NCBI RefSeq assembly: GCF_018350175.1
Contig: NC_058368.1
Location: 2,604,001 to 2,668,000 of the forward strand
Reading direction: 5' to 3'
DNA from: Felis catus
Taxonomy: Eukaryota
DNA length: 64,000 bases
Shown here in pieces: positions 1 to 12,779 of the stretch (position 1 is its first letter; each line of letters opens with the position of its first letter). The translations under genes were made by a program, and so were the position numbers. The notes beneath the pieces are model-generated. The model did no database searches. It worked only from the letters and a program-made list of their open reading frames with translations, and was not told the DNA's origin.

Positions 1-466
1 TTATAATGACCTTCTTTGTCTCTTCTTATAGTCATTGTCTTTATTTATTTTTAATTTACTTAAGTTTAATTTAAACAGCATATAGTACAATAATGTTTTC
101 AGGAGTAGATTCCAGTGATTCATCCCCTATGTATAACACCCAGTGCTCATCTTAACAAGTGTCTTCCTTAATGCCCCTTACCCATTTAGCCCATTCCCTC
201 ACCCACTGACCCTCCAGCAACCCTCACTTTGTTCTCTGTATTCGAGTCTCTTATATTTTGTCTCCTTCCATGTTTTTATATTCTTTTTGCCTCCCTTCCT
301 TTATGTTCCTCTGTTTTGTATCTTAAATTCCTCATATGAGTGAAGCCATATGATATTTGTCTTTCTCTGACTGACTTATTTTGCTTAGCATAATACCCTC
401 CAGTTCCATCTATGTTGTTGCAAATGGCAAGATTTCATTCTTTTTGATTGCCGAGTAAGACTCCAT

Positions 467-500
<34 letters not shown>

Positions 501-1086
501 CCACATCTTCTTTATCCATGCATCTGTCAATGGACATTTGGGCTGTTTCCATACTCTGGCTATTGTTGATAGTGCTGCTATAAACATTGGGGTGCGTGTG
601 CCCCATTGAAACAGCACACCTGTATCCCTTGGATATATACCTAGTCATGCAATTGCTGGGTTGTAGTGTAGTTCTATTTTTAACTTTCTGAGGAACCTCC
701 ATACTGTTTTCCAGAGTGGCTGCACCAGCTTGCGTTCCCACCAACAGTGCAAAAGAGATCCTCTTTCTCCGCATCCTCGCCAACATCTGTTGTTGCCTGA
801 GTTGTCAATGTTAGCCATTCTGACAGGTGTGAGGTGGTATCTCATCGTGGTTTTTATTTGTATTTCCCTGATGATGAGTGATGGTGAGCATTTTTTTCAC
901 CTTTATACTCTTTGTCTTAAAATCTATTTTATCTAATACAAGTTTAGCTATTCCTACTTTATCTTGGTTTCCATTTGTATAGAATGTTTTCCCATCCTTT
1001 TACTTTCAGTCTCTGTGCACCCTTAAAGCTGAGGTGAAAAGAAAGCTGAAGTAAGTCTCTCATAGGCAGCATATAGTCGAGTCTTC
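1..1086 (-). mobile_element. Older LINE-1 fragment, ORF2 endonuclease region, split by a younger L1 (host parts about 1-41 and 903-1086)
   Basis: The minus strand gives degenerate L1 endonuclease motifs: ICCL..., [17 protein letters not shown] on one side of the insert and TIRRDKEGHY at 1-40 on the other. Confidence 0.8.
42..902 (-). mobile_element. 5'-truncated carnivore LINE-1 (ORF2 C-terminus, 3' UTR, A-rich tail)
   Basis: ORFs 645-845 ([11 protein letters not shown]...[17 protein letters not shown]) and 435-617 (TPMFIAALSTIARVWKQPKCP) match the frameshifted L1 ORF2 Cys-rich C-terminus. TSD ttatagtcattgtctt (26-41) / ttatactctttgtctt (903-918). Internal (TG)(TA)n tract at about 468-500. 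Confidence 0.93.
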
Positions 1087-1609
1087 TAACTGCATAATTG
1101 ACACCACACTTGCAGATTCCCTCAGGGCAAACAAGAAACTCTACCTTTGACCATAGACGATTTCAGGTTTCCTTGGGTGCTACTAAAACACACACAGCTC
1201 TGTGAGATTGATACTGACTGATTTTTCCAGTTGAGCTCCAGAGGCTGTTGGCAATATACCATGAATAAGTACCTCCCCGATACACTTGAGTCCTCCTGTT
1301 TCCTGGGTCCCTGAAAGCAAGGAACTGGTGCCTCTGTACATCCCATCACTCTGAGAAGTGGAGTCAACGTTGATCTTCTCTTGATATGCCCTGAGATGTC
1401 ACATCTGTCCTCTCACTTGAAATGCCTTCCCTATAGGCCTATTTTTCATCACTGAGTAGTCATTTGTTTATGTCATGAAAGCTTATTGTGTCTGTCCACT
1501 GTGTATTATGTCATCTTAAGATGGGATGGAAACATCTTGGGCCATGCTTCTGAAATCTCATGTACTTCTTTTAAAGCCAGCCGCTAGCTTCCTAATAGCT
1601 GCATTTGAG

Positions 1610-1760
1610 ACACAGTGAATTATGGCAGAGACGGCGCAAGAATATGGGCTAAGAAAGCTGGATTCTAATTCTTGGTGTACTGTTAATATTCTGTGTGAGT
1701 CTCAGAAGTTATTTAGCTTTTCTGGGCTCCTAATTTTTCATTTGAAGTGAAAATTAACAA
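1610..1760 (+). mobile_element. MIR SINE fragment
   Basis: Degenerate MIR core (ctgtgtgagtctcagaagttatttagcttttctgggctcc). Confidence 0.5.
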
Positions 1761-1772
1761 TAAGAAGTATTG

Positions 1773-1975
1773 ATAGCATTCATTTATTGAATGTTTACTC
1801 TGTGCCAAACTCTGTATTAAGTGTTTTACATATGTTTTGTTCTTTTGATCTTTAGAGGAACACTTTTTGAAGATTGTTTGTATTTCCATTATATGGCTGA
1901 AGAAATTGAAGCTCAGTGAGTTAACAATAAGCTTAGCTAATAAGTGAGAGAGCTGGGATCAAAACTCAGGTTATC
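1773..1975 (-). mobile_element. MIR SINE fragment
   Basis: catttattgaatgtttactctgtgcca...gaagaaattgaagctcagtgagttaa...gagctgggatcaaaactcagg resembles the MIR reverse complement. Confidence 0.7.
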
Positions 1976-2780
1976 CACTAAGTGATATAAATAGGTTACC
2001 TCTAAGTTTCTTTCGTTTTATAACTATTCCACCAACAGACCAGATTGTAGATGATCTATGGCAATTTACGAGCTCGTGTGGTTTCTAGTGCTTGAGCTTC
2101 AGGGTTACATAAGTATAAGAACCAAACTCAAAATCATTACTATTTATTGGGGTCCTAAAATGTGTTCGGCACCTTCAGTTCCTGGTTTTCAGACAATGTC
2201 TCTTATTACCAGTCTCCGTTTCTTCTGGAGTTCCAGTTAGGTATTTTTTGGACATTTTCATTTTATCCACCACATATTTTTACCTCTTAAAAAGAGATGC
2301 TACATTCTGTGCAGTATCCTCAGGTTTATCTTCAGTTTACTAATTCTTCCTTCGGCTTTGTCTAATAGTCTGTTAAAACTCATCCACTGAGTTGTTTTCA
2401 TTTCATCAGCTATAGTTTTTATTACTAGAAGCTCTATTTGTTTTTTAAGCCTGCTATTCCTTTTAAAAATAGCATCTTATTCATTTTGTATATTTTTTAT
2501 GATTTTTGTCCTAAATCTTTAAAAATTTTATTTTTTAGTGTCTATGCAGTTGTTTCATGGTCAGAATTTGTTAACAATCGAATCCTGCTGTGTATTTTGT
2601 CTGCTGAGTCTTATTGATGGTGGTTTCTTTCTCCATGTGCTGTACTCAGGTTTGTGAATCATGTCACTTTAGAGGGGTTCTGTACTGGTTTTCTAGGTGA
2701 CCCAAGGTTTCGTCTTGGATAGCATGATTTCTTCAAACTTGTGTGAGATCTGGCCTGAGGTTTTGAATTCCCAGGGGAGC

Positions 2781-3012
2781 TTTTTTTTTTTTTTTTTTTT
2801 TTTAAACAACGTTTATTTATTTTTGGGGGGACAGAGAGAGACAGAGCATGAACGGGGGAGGGGCAGAGAGAGAGGGAGACACAGAATCGGAAACAGGCTC
2901 CAGGCTCTGAGCCGTCAGCCCAGAGCCCGACGTGGGGCTCGAACTCGCGGACCGTGAGATCGTGACCTGGCTGAAGTCGGACGCTTAACTGACTGCGCCA
3001 CCCAGGCGCCCC
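2781..3012 (-). mobile_element. Young felid Can-SINE (SINEC_Fc type)
   Basis: Reverse complement runs GGGGCGCCTGGGTGGCGCAGTCAGTTAAG, then a (CT)n tract, AATAAA and a long pure A tail. CpGs are largely intact. Confidence 0.95.
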
Positions 3013-3289
3013 CTTTTTTTTTTTTAACCCAATCAGAAATAGAATGGCTTTCTTTTTTTCTGCCTATACTATTTTTTTCCCAATTCATTGTTTTCCTGAG
3101 TTATCTTGGAGACTTGTGTCTTTATATGGGACTTGCAGTTTCACCTCTTGGCTCCTCTGGCTAACTCCAATTTCTCCCCTCCCTGTGTTGTCACAGTGTG
3201 GGCTCACAAACTTTGCACTCTGGTTTTTGGTTTCTTCTTTATATCTGGCTTCTGGAAAGTTCCCCATTTTTGAGAACCCAGCTAGGTAT

Positions 3290-4203
3290 GTATGTATGTA
3301 TGTATGTATTTATTTTTTATTTATTTATTTTATTTTATTTTATTTTATTTTATTTTATTTATTTAATTTATTTTTGGGACAGAGAGAGACAGAGCATGAA
3401 CGGGGGAGGAGCAGAGAGAGAGGGAGACACAGAATCGGAAACAGGCTCCAGGCTCCGAGCCATCAGCCCAGAGCCCGACGCGGGGCTCGAACTCACGGAC
3501 CGTGAGATCGTGACCTGGCTGAAGTCGGACACTTAACCAACTGCGCCACCCAGGTGCCCCAGTATTTATTTTTTAATATGTAATTTATTGTCAAATTGGT
3601 TTCCATACAACACCCAGTGCTCATCCCAACAGGTGCCCTCCTCAATGCCCATCACCCACTTTCCCCTTCCTCCCACACCCCATCAACCCTGTTTATTCTC
3701 AGTTTTTAAGAGTCTCTTATGGTTTGGTTCCCTCCCTCTCTAACTTTTTTTTCCCCTACCCCTCCCCCATGGTCTTCTGTGAAGTTTCTCAAGATCCACA
3801 TAAGAGTGAAAACGTATGGTATCTGTCTTTCCCTGTATGACTTATTTCACCTAGCATAACGCTATCCAGTTCCATCCACGTGGCTACAAAAGGCCAGATT
3901 TCATTCCTTCTCATTGCCAAGTAGTATACCGTTGTGTATATAAACCACAATTTCTTTATCCATTCATCAGTTGATGGACATTTAGGCTCTGTCCATCATT
4001 TGGCTGTTGTTGAAAGTGCTTCTATAAACATTGGGGTACAAGTGCCCCTATGCATCAGTACTCTTGTATCCCTTGGGTCAATTCCTAGCAGTGCTATTGC
4101 TGGGTCATAGGGTAGGTCTATTTTTAATTGTTTTATTGTTTAATTGTTTAAGGAGCCTCCACACTGTTTTCCAGAGTGGCTGCACCAGTTCGCATTCCCA
4201 CCG
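3290..4203 (-). mobile_element. 5'-truncated felid LINE-1 3' end (contains the SINE at 3320-3560)
   Basis: 3' UTR ttattgtcaaattggtttccatacaacacccagtgctcatccc and the antisense ORF2 end. Possible TSD acccagctaggtat (3276-3289) / acccagctgggcat (4204-4217). Confidence 0.9.
3320..3560 (-). mobile_element. Young felid Can-SINE inserted into an L1 A-tail
   Basis: Near-identical to 2781-3012. TSD gtatttatttttta at 3306-3319 and 3562-3575. Confidence 0.95.
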
Positions 4204-5244
4204 ACCCAGCTGGGCATTTACAAGGAATCTGATATTTTGTTTGGTGTTTCACATTGTATTACAGTGGGAGTTTTCAGGCTACTAAATCCTTAATATTGCT
4301 GGCAGTGACAGTTCTGTATTAATTAACTATAAATACCATAATAGTTTCTCTAGGCCAGCATGGTTATCTCCAGTTTGCAAATAATTACGTGCTCAGGAGG
4401 GATTTAATTCCTCGCCCAGAATGACACAGTGGGCATGGGAAGTGCACCTGCCTTACTTCCGCCGGTGCTCTTACTAGTACCTGCCGGCCAGGAGCTTGAG
4501 ACAAGGAGTGAGCCCCGAGCGGGACGAGAGCGGCCGAAACGAGGAAGGGGGTCTTGTCTATGGCATCCACTCCCTACTTCGCGGGTTTCCTGGGACCGGA
4601 TCTGAAGCCTTAATCATTTTAGGGCTGTGGGGTTGGGGCACCGAAAACATGTCACCAGGTGATCAACGTGGATCTGCCCAGAAGGGAAGCTGGCTCCTGG
4701 AGGCACAGAGACACGGTTCCTTCCTTAGCTTTTTATTAGCCGCATCTCATAGCTCTTGAGAAGGAAGACAGCGGGTACCCGAGCAGTGCCCCGACGAAGG
4801 GCACACCGAAGGGAAGTCTGACTGAAGGTCGCCTCAGCAAACAGGTGGTGGCCAAGATGGTGCCAAGATGCAGTCAATGCGAGCTTCGAGGTGGATGCCG
4901 AGGTCTTCCGCGTGGCTTTCTTCCTTCAGGCGAGGCTCACTCACACGAGACCCTTCAGCTCAAGCACAGCGCCGCTGAGGAAACTTAAAACCAGGGGCGT
5001 TGAAAATGAAATCCCTCGTCTCTATTTTCGCAATATCCTTATATTTCGATTTCCCAAGCACTGAAGCTCTGATTAAACCGTCAATGGGTAAAGGTGACAA
5101 GTTTAAGCAGCATGGCAGAGTGAACACCCACAGCTGGCTGTCGTCCCCCTTGTAGCACCGATGAAGGGACAATGAAAGGATGCTGTTAGAAAGGTCACAC
5201 CCACCAGGTCCAGAGAGAAAAGGCCAGGGGCGAGCACACGTTTG

Positions 5245-5660
5245 CATTTGAATGTATTGTGAGGAGGAGGAGAACTGAGAGATGGATTAATAAGAACATA
5301 GAGAAGTAAGTAAAAGAAAAGCAGATATGCCCCAAGGAAAGCAAATTATTGTGTCCGCAGGGAAGGGTAAATGCGCGTCACGTGAATAATCTGTGACTAG
5401 CATTTACGTGGATATAACAGTGCAACCCGTGAATATGGGTCAAATGTACATCACAGTTTAACTCCATCGGGAAGACGGTGGCTGCGCAATGGATGTGTGT
5501 GCGTGTGTGCGTGTGTGTGTGTGTGAGAGCCAACAGATAATACCTAAAATGGAAGAATTCAGGAGTAGCAATGTGTGTACGTGACTTACAGACGTGGATG
5601 CAAATATGCAAATGACGAGCTAAAAGATTTGAGAGCTTGGTTGGAGGTTCTAGAAGGGGA
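5245..5660 (+). mobile_element. HAL1 (half-L1) 3' region fragment with internal (TG)n at about 5493-5526
   Basis: caacagataatacctaaaatggaagaattcaggagtagcaat...gagctaaaagatttgagagc resembles the recalled HAL1 3' sequence. Confidence 0.5.
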
Positions 5661-6414
5661 GTGCCGCTGCTTGTCCACCCCTGACCGAAGAATGGTCCTC
5701 TTCTCTCAGGGATGGCCCTCCTCCTCCACAGGGCGCGGAGCTTCGGGACAGATGCCGATGAAGCAGTGAGGGAAGAAGGGGACACTTGCCTCGCCGGCCA
5801 GGTCAGCGGAATCCACCCTGGTGGTCAGTGGGTGACAGATGTCATAGCCAGCTCAGCTTCCCATCCTAAAAGGTTCGAAAGCGGTTGCTTTCGGGGAGCG
5901 AGATATGGGGCAGGAGCTGTGACTGTTGTTTTCTCGACAAGCCTTACAGAACGATTTGCCATTGGACCGAACACATGTGTGGTGTGGAGAACAGTAAAAC
6001 AAAACGAAAACCAATATGCAGTTTCGTAACAGCAAGTACTTTATTTTAAAAAAAGAAACTCAAAAGGTAGGTCACTTGGGGCCTTCCCTGAAATCAGAGT
6101 ATCTAGTGGCAATCCTGGCGGGAAACCTCAGGAAACCATGGGCACAGGCCGTTCGTCTTAGCCCGTCCGGCCCCCAGCCCGATCTCTGGGCCCACGTGTC
6201 TCTACCCGCAGGTGGCCTCAGGCTGCCTATGGCCTGAGATAGGTTTCTGACCAGACCCAGCTTTTGGTGCTGTCTTGTGCTACTCTGTTTTCTCGGCCCT
6301 GCCCCTTGCTTCCGGCCGCCTCTGGGTTCTGTGCCTCCCACCTGGTCTTTCGACGCGGGGCTTTTTCTTGCTTTTTAGCAAGCAGCTGCCCTTGTTTTAC
6401 ACTTGGCTGATTTA

Positions 6415-6885
6415 AAACAAAATTAAAGTGTAACTGGGGCACAACATTATATTAGTGTCAGGTATACAACAGAATAATCCAACGTTTGTATACATGGCCT
6501 ATACATGTATACCACATTAAGCCCATTTTCCATCTGTCACATGTTACATTTTTTTCTCCTTGTGATGAGAATTTCTAGCAACTTTTGAAATTATAGTACA
6601 ATATTATTACTATTATTTTTAAAGTTTGCTTATTTATTTTGAGAGAGAGAGAGAGAGAGAGCATGAGCAGGGAGGGGCAGAGAGGGAGAGAAAGAGAGAG
6701 AGATTCCTAAGCAGGCTCTGCACTGTCAGCACAGAGCCTGATGCAGGGCTCGAACTCAGGAACCGTGAGATCATGACCTGAGGCGAGATCAAGAGTCAGA
6801 TGCTTAAGTGACTGAGCCACCCAGGCGCCCCTAAAGTACAGGATTATTAACTATAGTCCCCATGTTGTACATTACATCCCCATGA
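6415..6885 (-). mobile_element. LINE-1 3' UTR fragment interrupted by a SINE
   Basis: caacattatattagtgtcaggtatacaaca...tattaactatagtccccatgttgtacattacatcccca is a typical antisense L1 3' end. Confidence 0.7.
6615..6831 (-). mobile_element. Can-SINE (older feliform type)
   Basis: Ends gagccacccaggcgcccc, with a (GA)n tract and tttattt tail. Confidence 0.93.
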
Positions 6886-8289
6886 TTTGGCTGCTTTGTT
6901 TTCAATTGAGTTTGGCCCGAAGGTGTCAGAGGGTCAAATCCTGCTGAAGATGTTTGGAGAGGCCAACGGAATGTTTTTTAAAGTCCTGGCTCCGAGTGCA
7001 TTGGGCCTCTGACGCCTCCCTTATGCCACGAACTTCACATGATTACCTCCCCTGTATTCCACTGTCGATGGCGACAGCTCAAAAGCAAATACAAACGATT
7101 TTCTCATTTTCTGTTCGTTTTCGTGGTCTGTAAACAAACGGATGTACCAGCTCTACCAAACTGGAACGTGAGTATTTTCATCAGGTAAACCACAAAACAA
7201 GTGAGGGTTGGACTTACTCTCACCGAAAACTCATGCCAGTGGGGTGGGGTGATGGTGTGTTTCTCTTCCGTATAGTCTAATCTAGCTGAGGTGTACTCCT
7301 GGTTCACAGCCCTGTGGCATTTATTCTAATTCCTCACCTAGCCATTAAATTAACTTCGAAGGCATTTGTTCCTACACGTGTTTTTGTGCCTGTACCAGAA
7401 AAATTCACCGTCTTGAGACTCTGTGTAAAGTTCTTCTCCATCTTGAAGATCCACCCCACCAGGTACTTTCTTCCATATGACTTTGATTTTGTTCTCTGGT
7501 TGTCTTAAATGTATCAGCGTGTTCTGTCTCTCCAGCGTGATGGTAACATTTTCTAGAACAGACTTTTTTGCCTCTTTGATTTTCTCTTTCTTCCACGGAA
7601 TATAGCCCTGTCTTAGGCACATAGTGGGCTCTGGGGAAAAATGGATGCTTTACGATAGACTTCCATTTTTACTAAAAACGTAAGAAGACAAAGCTGTGAA
7701 TAAGTTTTAACATGATGAATTTCCCAACTTTACACTTACTTAAAGGTTCGAGGTGAGAAAATTATTATATATCACCTTCATCACCATTGAGCGTTTAATG
7801 ACGTTAGAACATAAGTTGGAATTTGTTTCTTCCAGGCCAGAAATACTGAGAGAACTCTTAACTCCATCTGGTGAAAAAAATGAAGCAGTAAAAATAATCG
7901 CCTGGATTTGGAATCCAGAATTGGAAGCTCCAAGATGATGGATGATTTTCCTTCTTCGGGATAGTTTCAAACCTAAGCAGTGCCGTGAATAAAATGACTT
8001 TGGTCTTTATGACTTACAGTGTAAATATTGGATCAGTTTGTCAATTCAAAGGACTTCATAACTATTGTCTGTTTTTCAGGCAAATATTCCGGTTATATTC
8101 ACAGCCACCAGCAAAAGCCAGTATTTATTTCATAATTGTTATGTTTCTTTGTACTATATATTCCTAGCTAGTTTTGATTACCTTAAAGGCAGCAGATGGT
8201 GTCTGACCCACAATGGTATTTAGTTTTTTTCTTTTCTCTCTTTATCAAACACTTGTCTGGGTCTCCTTTAAAAGCTGGACAAATGTTGT

Positions 8290-8485
8290 TTGTTTAATCT
8301 TCATAGCTTCCTGTGAGGTAGGTATTCTGTAATATCCCCACTTTGCAGACGAGAAAGCTGAGGCACAGAGATATTATGTAATCTGCCCGAGGACACACAG
8401 TTGGTAAGTTGTGTGGCCAGGATTCTGACTCAGGAGGTCTGGCTCCAGAATCCGTACTCCTAACCAATACGCTATGTTGCATCTC
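8290..8485 (-). mobile_element. MIR SINE
   Basis: ctgtgaggtaggtatt...ccccactttgcagacgagaaagctgaggcacagaga...ggtctggctccaga is the MIR core, antisense. Confidence 0.8.
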
Positions 8486-9997
8486 AAAAAATCTTTGCTG
8501 TTAGTGATCTAAATTAAACAGAATTCTAACGTTGCACTGGGGGAGCGAGGAAGAAAATGTTCTCCTTCTTTCCACTTTCAAATCTGGGCTGGAATATACG
8601 TATGGAATTATACACATTTGATCGGGACACTCATGGAATTTAGCTTGCGGTACACACGTATTTGGTTTCCAGCGCTTTGCGAAATGCAAACAAACTTTGT
8701 GCTTGTTTGTCTTCGGGTTATGTCTTGGCAGACCCTCCCAGATGGTCAGATGAGAACTTAGAAGTTGAAGAAGTAATAGTTTAATTGAGCGGCCATAAAA
8801 TTAATAGAGCCTTTCTTTCGTGCCTTCTATCTTTCTATCTCTTTCTGGTTGAGTGAGGATTAGAAATTGGACTAAATATGAGAAAAACAGGAGTCTGTGA
8901 AGTGTTGTATCTGAACTGGCAGCGTCCTGCTCTGAATGGGGTTACTCGGATTGCATAACCGACAGAGAGCGGGTTTAGGAGAGCAAAGAAGAGATGAAAA
9001 AGAAATGCTAAGTTGAGGGACTGTATGGAGGGTGGCGCTCATTTTAAACTTTGAAATATTCATGGTGATCTGTGAACATTTTTTGGCCTCTAGCCCCCAA
9101 GTACCAGAAGTACAGGTATCAAAACCCAAAGGAAACAACTGATTTTTTTAAAGTACAATGGACCGTGAGAATGTATGTAATTGTTCCCGTATACGTCTGA
9201 GTATGTAGCTGTAGAGATAGTAAATTGTGATAACACACTAGATAGAAGAGGACACTGTTTGAAATAACTAATTGTTAACCTGCTGTTGAATTACGAGGAC
9301 TGCATCTTTGAAAGTAGAAGCCAAGCACTCCCATTTTCGATAGTCCCCTTTATTACAGTCGTGCAGGCGATTGTTTATTATTCTGTTTGCTTAAGGCATT
9401 AACGGGAGAACTAGCAGACAACTTTGTGGTGGAACTAATCAACTCTCTGTGAAAAATCTCCGCGTTTTTTAGTTTTCACTTTTGAATAGGAGGCCAGAGA
9501 TTAAAGAGTCAGATTCTAATCAGCTGGGTAGGATGTGGCCCAAGTATCCGTGTCAGAGTGAGAAGGGCCAGCGGCGGTGAGATCTTCATTTAGATCTCAT
9601 CCAAAAGAAGAGTTTTAAAAATTAACCTGGAGTCCCTTTTCCGGTGGGGCAGTGGGGAGATGCCACGGATGTGAGTCAGAGGCTCACTCCCCATGCTGTG
9701 TGTGTTTGTAGAGGACTTTACTCCACTTGTCGCTTGATTCCAGGTGATCTGGAGTTTCAGCAATGCGACCAGGTGCCAAGGGCCTGAGACTGAAAAGCTG
9801 CAGATGGTCTTGGTAGGCGGTTTTAACTGTCAAGACCAATGGGGGTGCACATTTCCTACAGATCCAGCGTGAGGGAAGTCACGGTACCGTAATGTGGCAG
9901 TCACCACTTACCTAATGCTCTTCACGGTCCCTGAGGTTTTCTTGAATCGCTTCCATTCTCCTGGGCCATTCTCTGCACCTTAGCCCCAAGGAAAACT

Positions 9998-10200
9998 TCA
10001 GTTAAATGAAAGAGCGTGGAGTTTGGAGTCAGGCAGCTCTGAATATGAGTCTTGTCACAACCATTTCCATCAGCTGTGTGATTTGGGGGCAAATTGCTCT
10101 TTCTGGGCATCGATAGCTTCATACGGAAAATGCACTCAGAAAACTAGCACACATAGTTAATGCGAGGATGAGTAAGCTGATATGGGCATGGAGTCGGTGC
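9998..10200 (+). mobile_element. MIR SINE
   Basis: gaaagagcgtggagtttggagtcaggcag...cagctgtgtgatttgggggcaaatt. Confidence 0.7.
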
Positions 10201-12354
10201 TTCATGGGATTTGATAAGCCTCAGCACCCCCCAGCCCCTTACCCATCAATTCCCGATGCTTTCCTATGGACGTGAGTGCTCTGGCATAGGACACCAAGGA
10301 CAGGCTGGACCGGGGAGGGAGCTGACTTTTTCCTTTGGGTGGGTCCCGTCCCACAGAGGTGAATGGCTGACCAGGGAGACTGAGTGGGCCTAGTCCAGGG
10401 TTGGTGCAAGGGCATCCTTTTCAAAGTGTTGCCTCTTTCCCTCATTAGTTTCACTTACCTTTTAAATAAGATCCCTTCCCCCTTAGAAAGATCGTGTTGA
10501 ACACTAGGAACACATTTTTAAAAATACAATAGACACAAAAACATGGGGAGAAGCAGACCTTTCTCATGCCTCCGAGCCAGGACACCCACGGCACTGTATG
10601 TATGTGTAGCAAAGATTGCAGTTGGAACCCAGGCTATATAGTTCATGCAGGGGTTTGGATGTGACTCAGTTTGCCTGAGAGGCTGGCATGTGAGTCTGCT
10701 GGGGGGGCTGTCCTCGAGAAGAACCAAGAAGACACCTGGAAAACATGCATGCTCAGGGCGGAAGGGAAGCTGACTTCAAGGCCAGTTAGGATAAAATATT
10801 TGCAATACACACTGGCCTGTCCCTGGGTTTGTGTCTGAGTCCTATAGCAATCGCGTGGGAGTAAATTCAGGAAAAGCTGCCTCGCTGGCATCTGTACAAT
10901 ACCAGCTGCGAGGGGGCACTCGCTGATGAGTTCCAGAACCAAGATAACTCAGGACAAATGTGGGGGAGAGAAATTGACTGCCCTTGGCAGAGATGGAAGC
11001 CAGTAGGTCCAGTGGCTTGGTAGCCATGAGGGTTGGCCTTCTGGCACCGACTCCTCTGTCCTCCGCAGGGACAGCTTTGGTACCGACAACTGGGAGCATC
11101 TCTTCTGTGGCACAGCCCAGGGTGGCCTCAGCAAGGGCACTGCTGCTATGGGCTCACACAGTCCTGGCTGCTACGTGCACTTCAGAGCCCTCAGTAGAAG
11201 CGAGGGACAGGGACAGAAGACACTATGGAACACTCCTGGGGATTTCCTGAAAGGGGACGAGTTTGAAGAGAGATCAACATTCTGAGGTGGCGAGGGTGGG
11301 CAAAGCTTGAGAACTGCTGTGTGTGAATCTTCTTGAGACCCCAGACCTGCCTGCCGGCTGGGATGGCCTAGGAAACCCGGGCTGCATTTGTAAATTGTTG
11401 GGCATCTGTGTGTTGATTTATATTGAGGAAACCACTGGCAAAGGGAGACTGACAGGCAGTTGACTATGAGGGCAAATGTGAATTTATAACCCAAGAACTC
11501 AGAACATTGAAAAACAAAAAACAGACAAAAACCACAACAAACCAAAGACAGGGATGATATGTTTAGTAGAAAAAGGCAAGCCAGGCTTCAGAGCTGGAAA
11601 TCAACTTAGATCTGTGGCCTGAGGCGAAAGGCATTTGTCTGGAGACACGGTGGGTGCAGTTGGGGATAACCGGGTATATCGGGACCCGTGGAAGCAGCAG
11701 AAGTAAGTGCCAACTGGATGCACTGTTCTATGTTGCTGGGTGGGGAAACTCAGGGCATACTGGGCCTGGACGTTGAGCTGTGGGCGTGCACGTGTGCAAG
11801 GGCGTGCCTGGCCACATGCACTTTTGGGCACATCCACTGTGGCAGATATGGTACCACAACTGTGAGATAAGATCAGTTGCTTAAGAAATAAGGGGTGGAA
11901 GAATCTGGATTGATAATCAGCTAGGTATGCTGGCATGAGCCAGAGTTTTCAAAATAAGAAAACTTCTAGTTGGATACAGTGCAATTTGGGGGGGACTTCT
12001 GCCCATCTGTCCATGTACACATAATTGATTCTAAGATAACTCTTTATCCCTCACATCAGGGAGGAAGAGAGGGCTTTACAGACTTTTCTGTAGCTTGTTC
12101 TGTGGATAAAGTGTCTTGAGTTCAGTGTAAATTAAAATCAAAATAAACTATTGAAATGTTTTGACTGTGTCCTGATACTCTGAATGTTTGGCTGAAGTAG
12201 CAAGATGGTTGGAGGTGTGCAGACAGGTAGAGCCTTTCTAAGATGAGCAACGTATGCTTCCCTCTGCAGGGGTTTTAGCAAAGGGAAGAATGCTAGAGGT
12301 CAATCAGAAAAGTCAGTGTGGATAGCTCGCCCATTCTAAGAAGATGGAACCTCC

Positions 12355-12574
12355 TTTTTTTTTTTATGATTTTTTTAATATGTGTTTATTTTTGAGAGAG
12401 AGAGAGAGGGAGTGAGTGAGGGAGGGGCAGAGAGAGACACACACAGAATCTGAAGCAGGCTCCAGGCTCTGAGCCATCAGCACAGAGCCCGATGCGGAGC
12501 TTGAACCCATGAACTGCAAGATCATGACCTGAGCCGAGGTTAGTCGCTTAACCCACTGAGCCACCCAGGCGCCC
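12355..12574 (-). mobile_element. Felid Can-SINE
   Basis: Full body with (GA)n tract and T tail. Degenerate TSD ggaacctcctt / ggaatctcttt. Confidence 0.95.
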
Positions 12575-12779
12575 GGGAATCTCTTTCTTATAGAAGGTCG
12601 GTTGGTTGCTGTCTGAAGATAAATGCCACAAATATGTCTTCATCATATTCCCACATATCCTAATGTCTCCTCAAAGCCCAGAGGGGGAAGGAGAAAGGGA
12701 GTCTGAGAACATGAAGGTTACAAGGCGGAAGGATGTGGAAAGTGGATTCTCAGCGACTCGAGCCATCAGATAAGCAGCT

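Larger units (their letters stand above)
2235..4312 (-). mobile_element. Ancient L1M/HAL1-like 5'/ORF1 region, interrupted by two SINEs and a young L1
   Basis: tttatcttcagtttactaattcttccttcggctttgtctaatagtctgttaaaactcatccactgag resembles antisense ancient L1 ORF1. The 4260-4312 segment resembles an ancient L1 5' terminus. Boundaries are approximate. Confidence 0.45.

Noticed and set aside
385..936. ORFs with L1 ORF2-like peptides (also 26277-26846 and 41728-42347) as protein-coding genes
   Set aside because: They are frameshifted fragments of 5'-truncated L1 copies bounded by TSDs.
2697..3536. ORFs containing RETEHERGRGRER, ERERER or LSLSLS (also near 27535, 44018, 59767)
   Set aside because: They are translations of Can-SINE bodies and their (GA)/(CT) tracts.
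4851..4871. Tandem gccaagatg repeats resembling YY1 sites
   Set aside because: A short local duplication with an incomplete motif and no supporting context.
10906..10920. CTCF-like motif CTGCGAGGGGGCACT (others at about 6205, 48242 and 60275)
   Set aside because: Imperfect matches in GC-rich DNA that cannot be supported without PWM scores or ChIP data.
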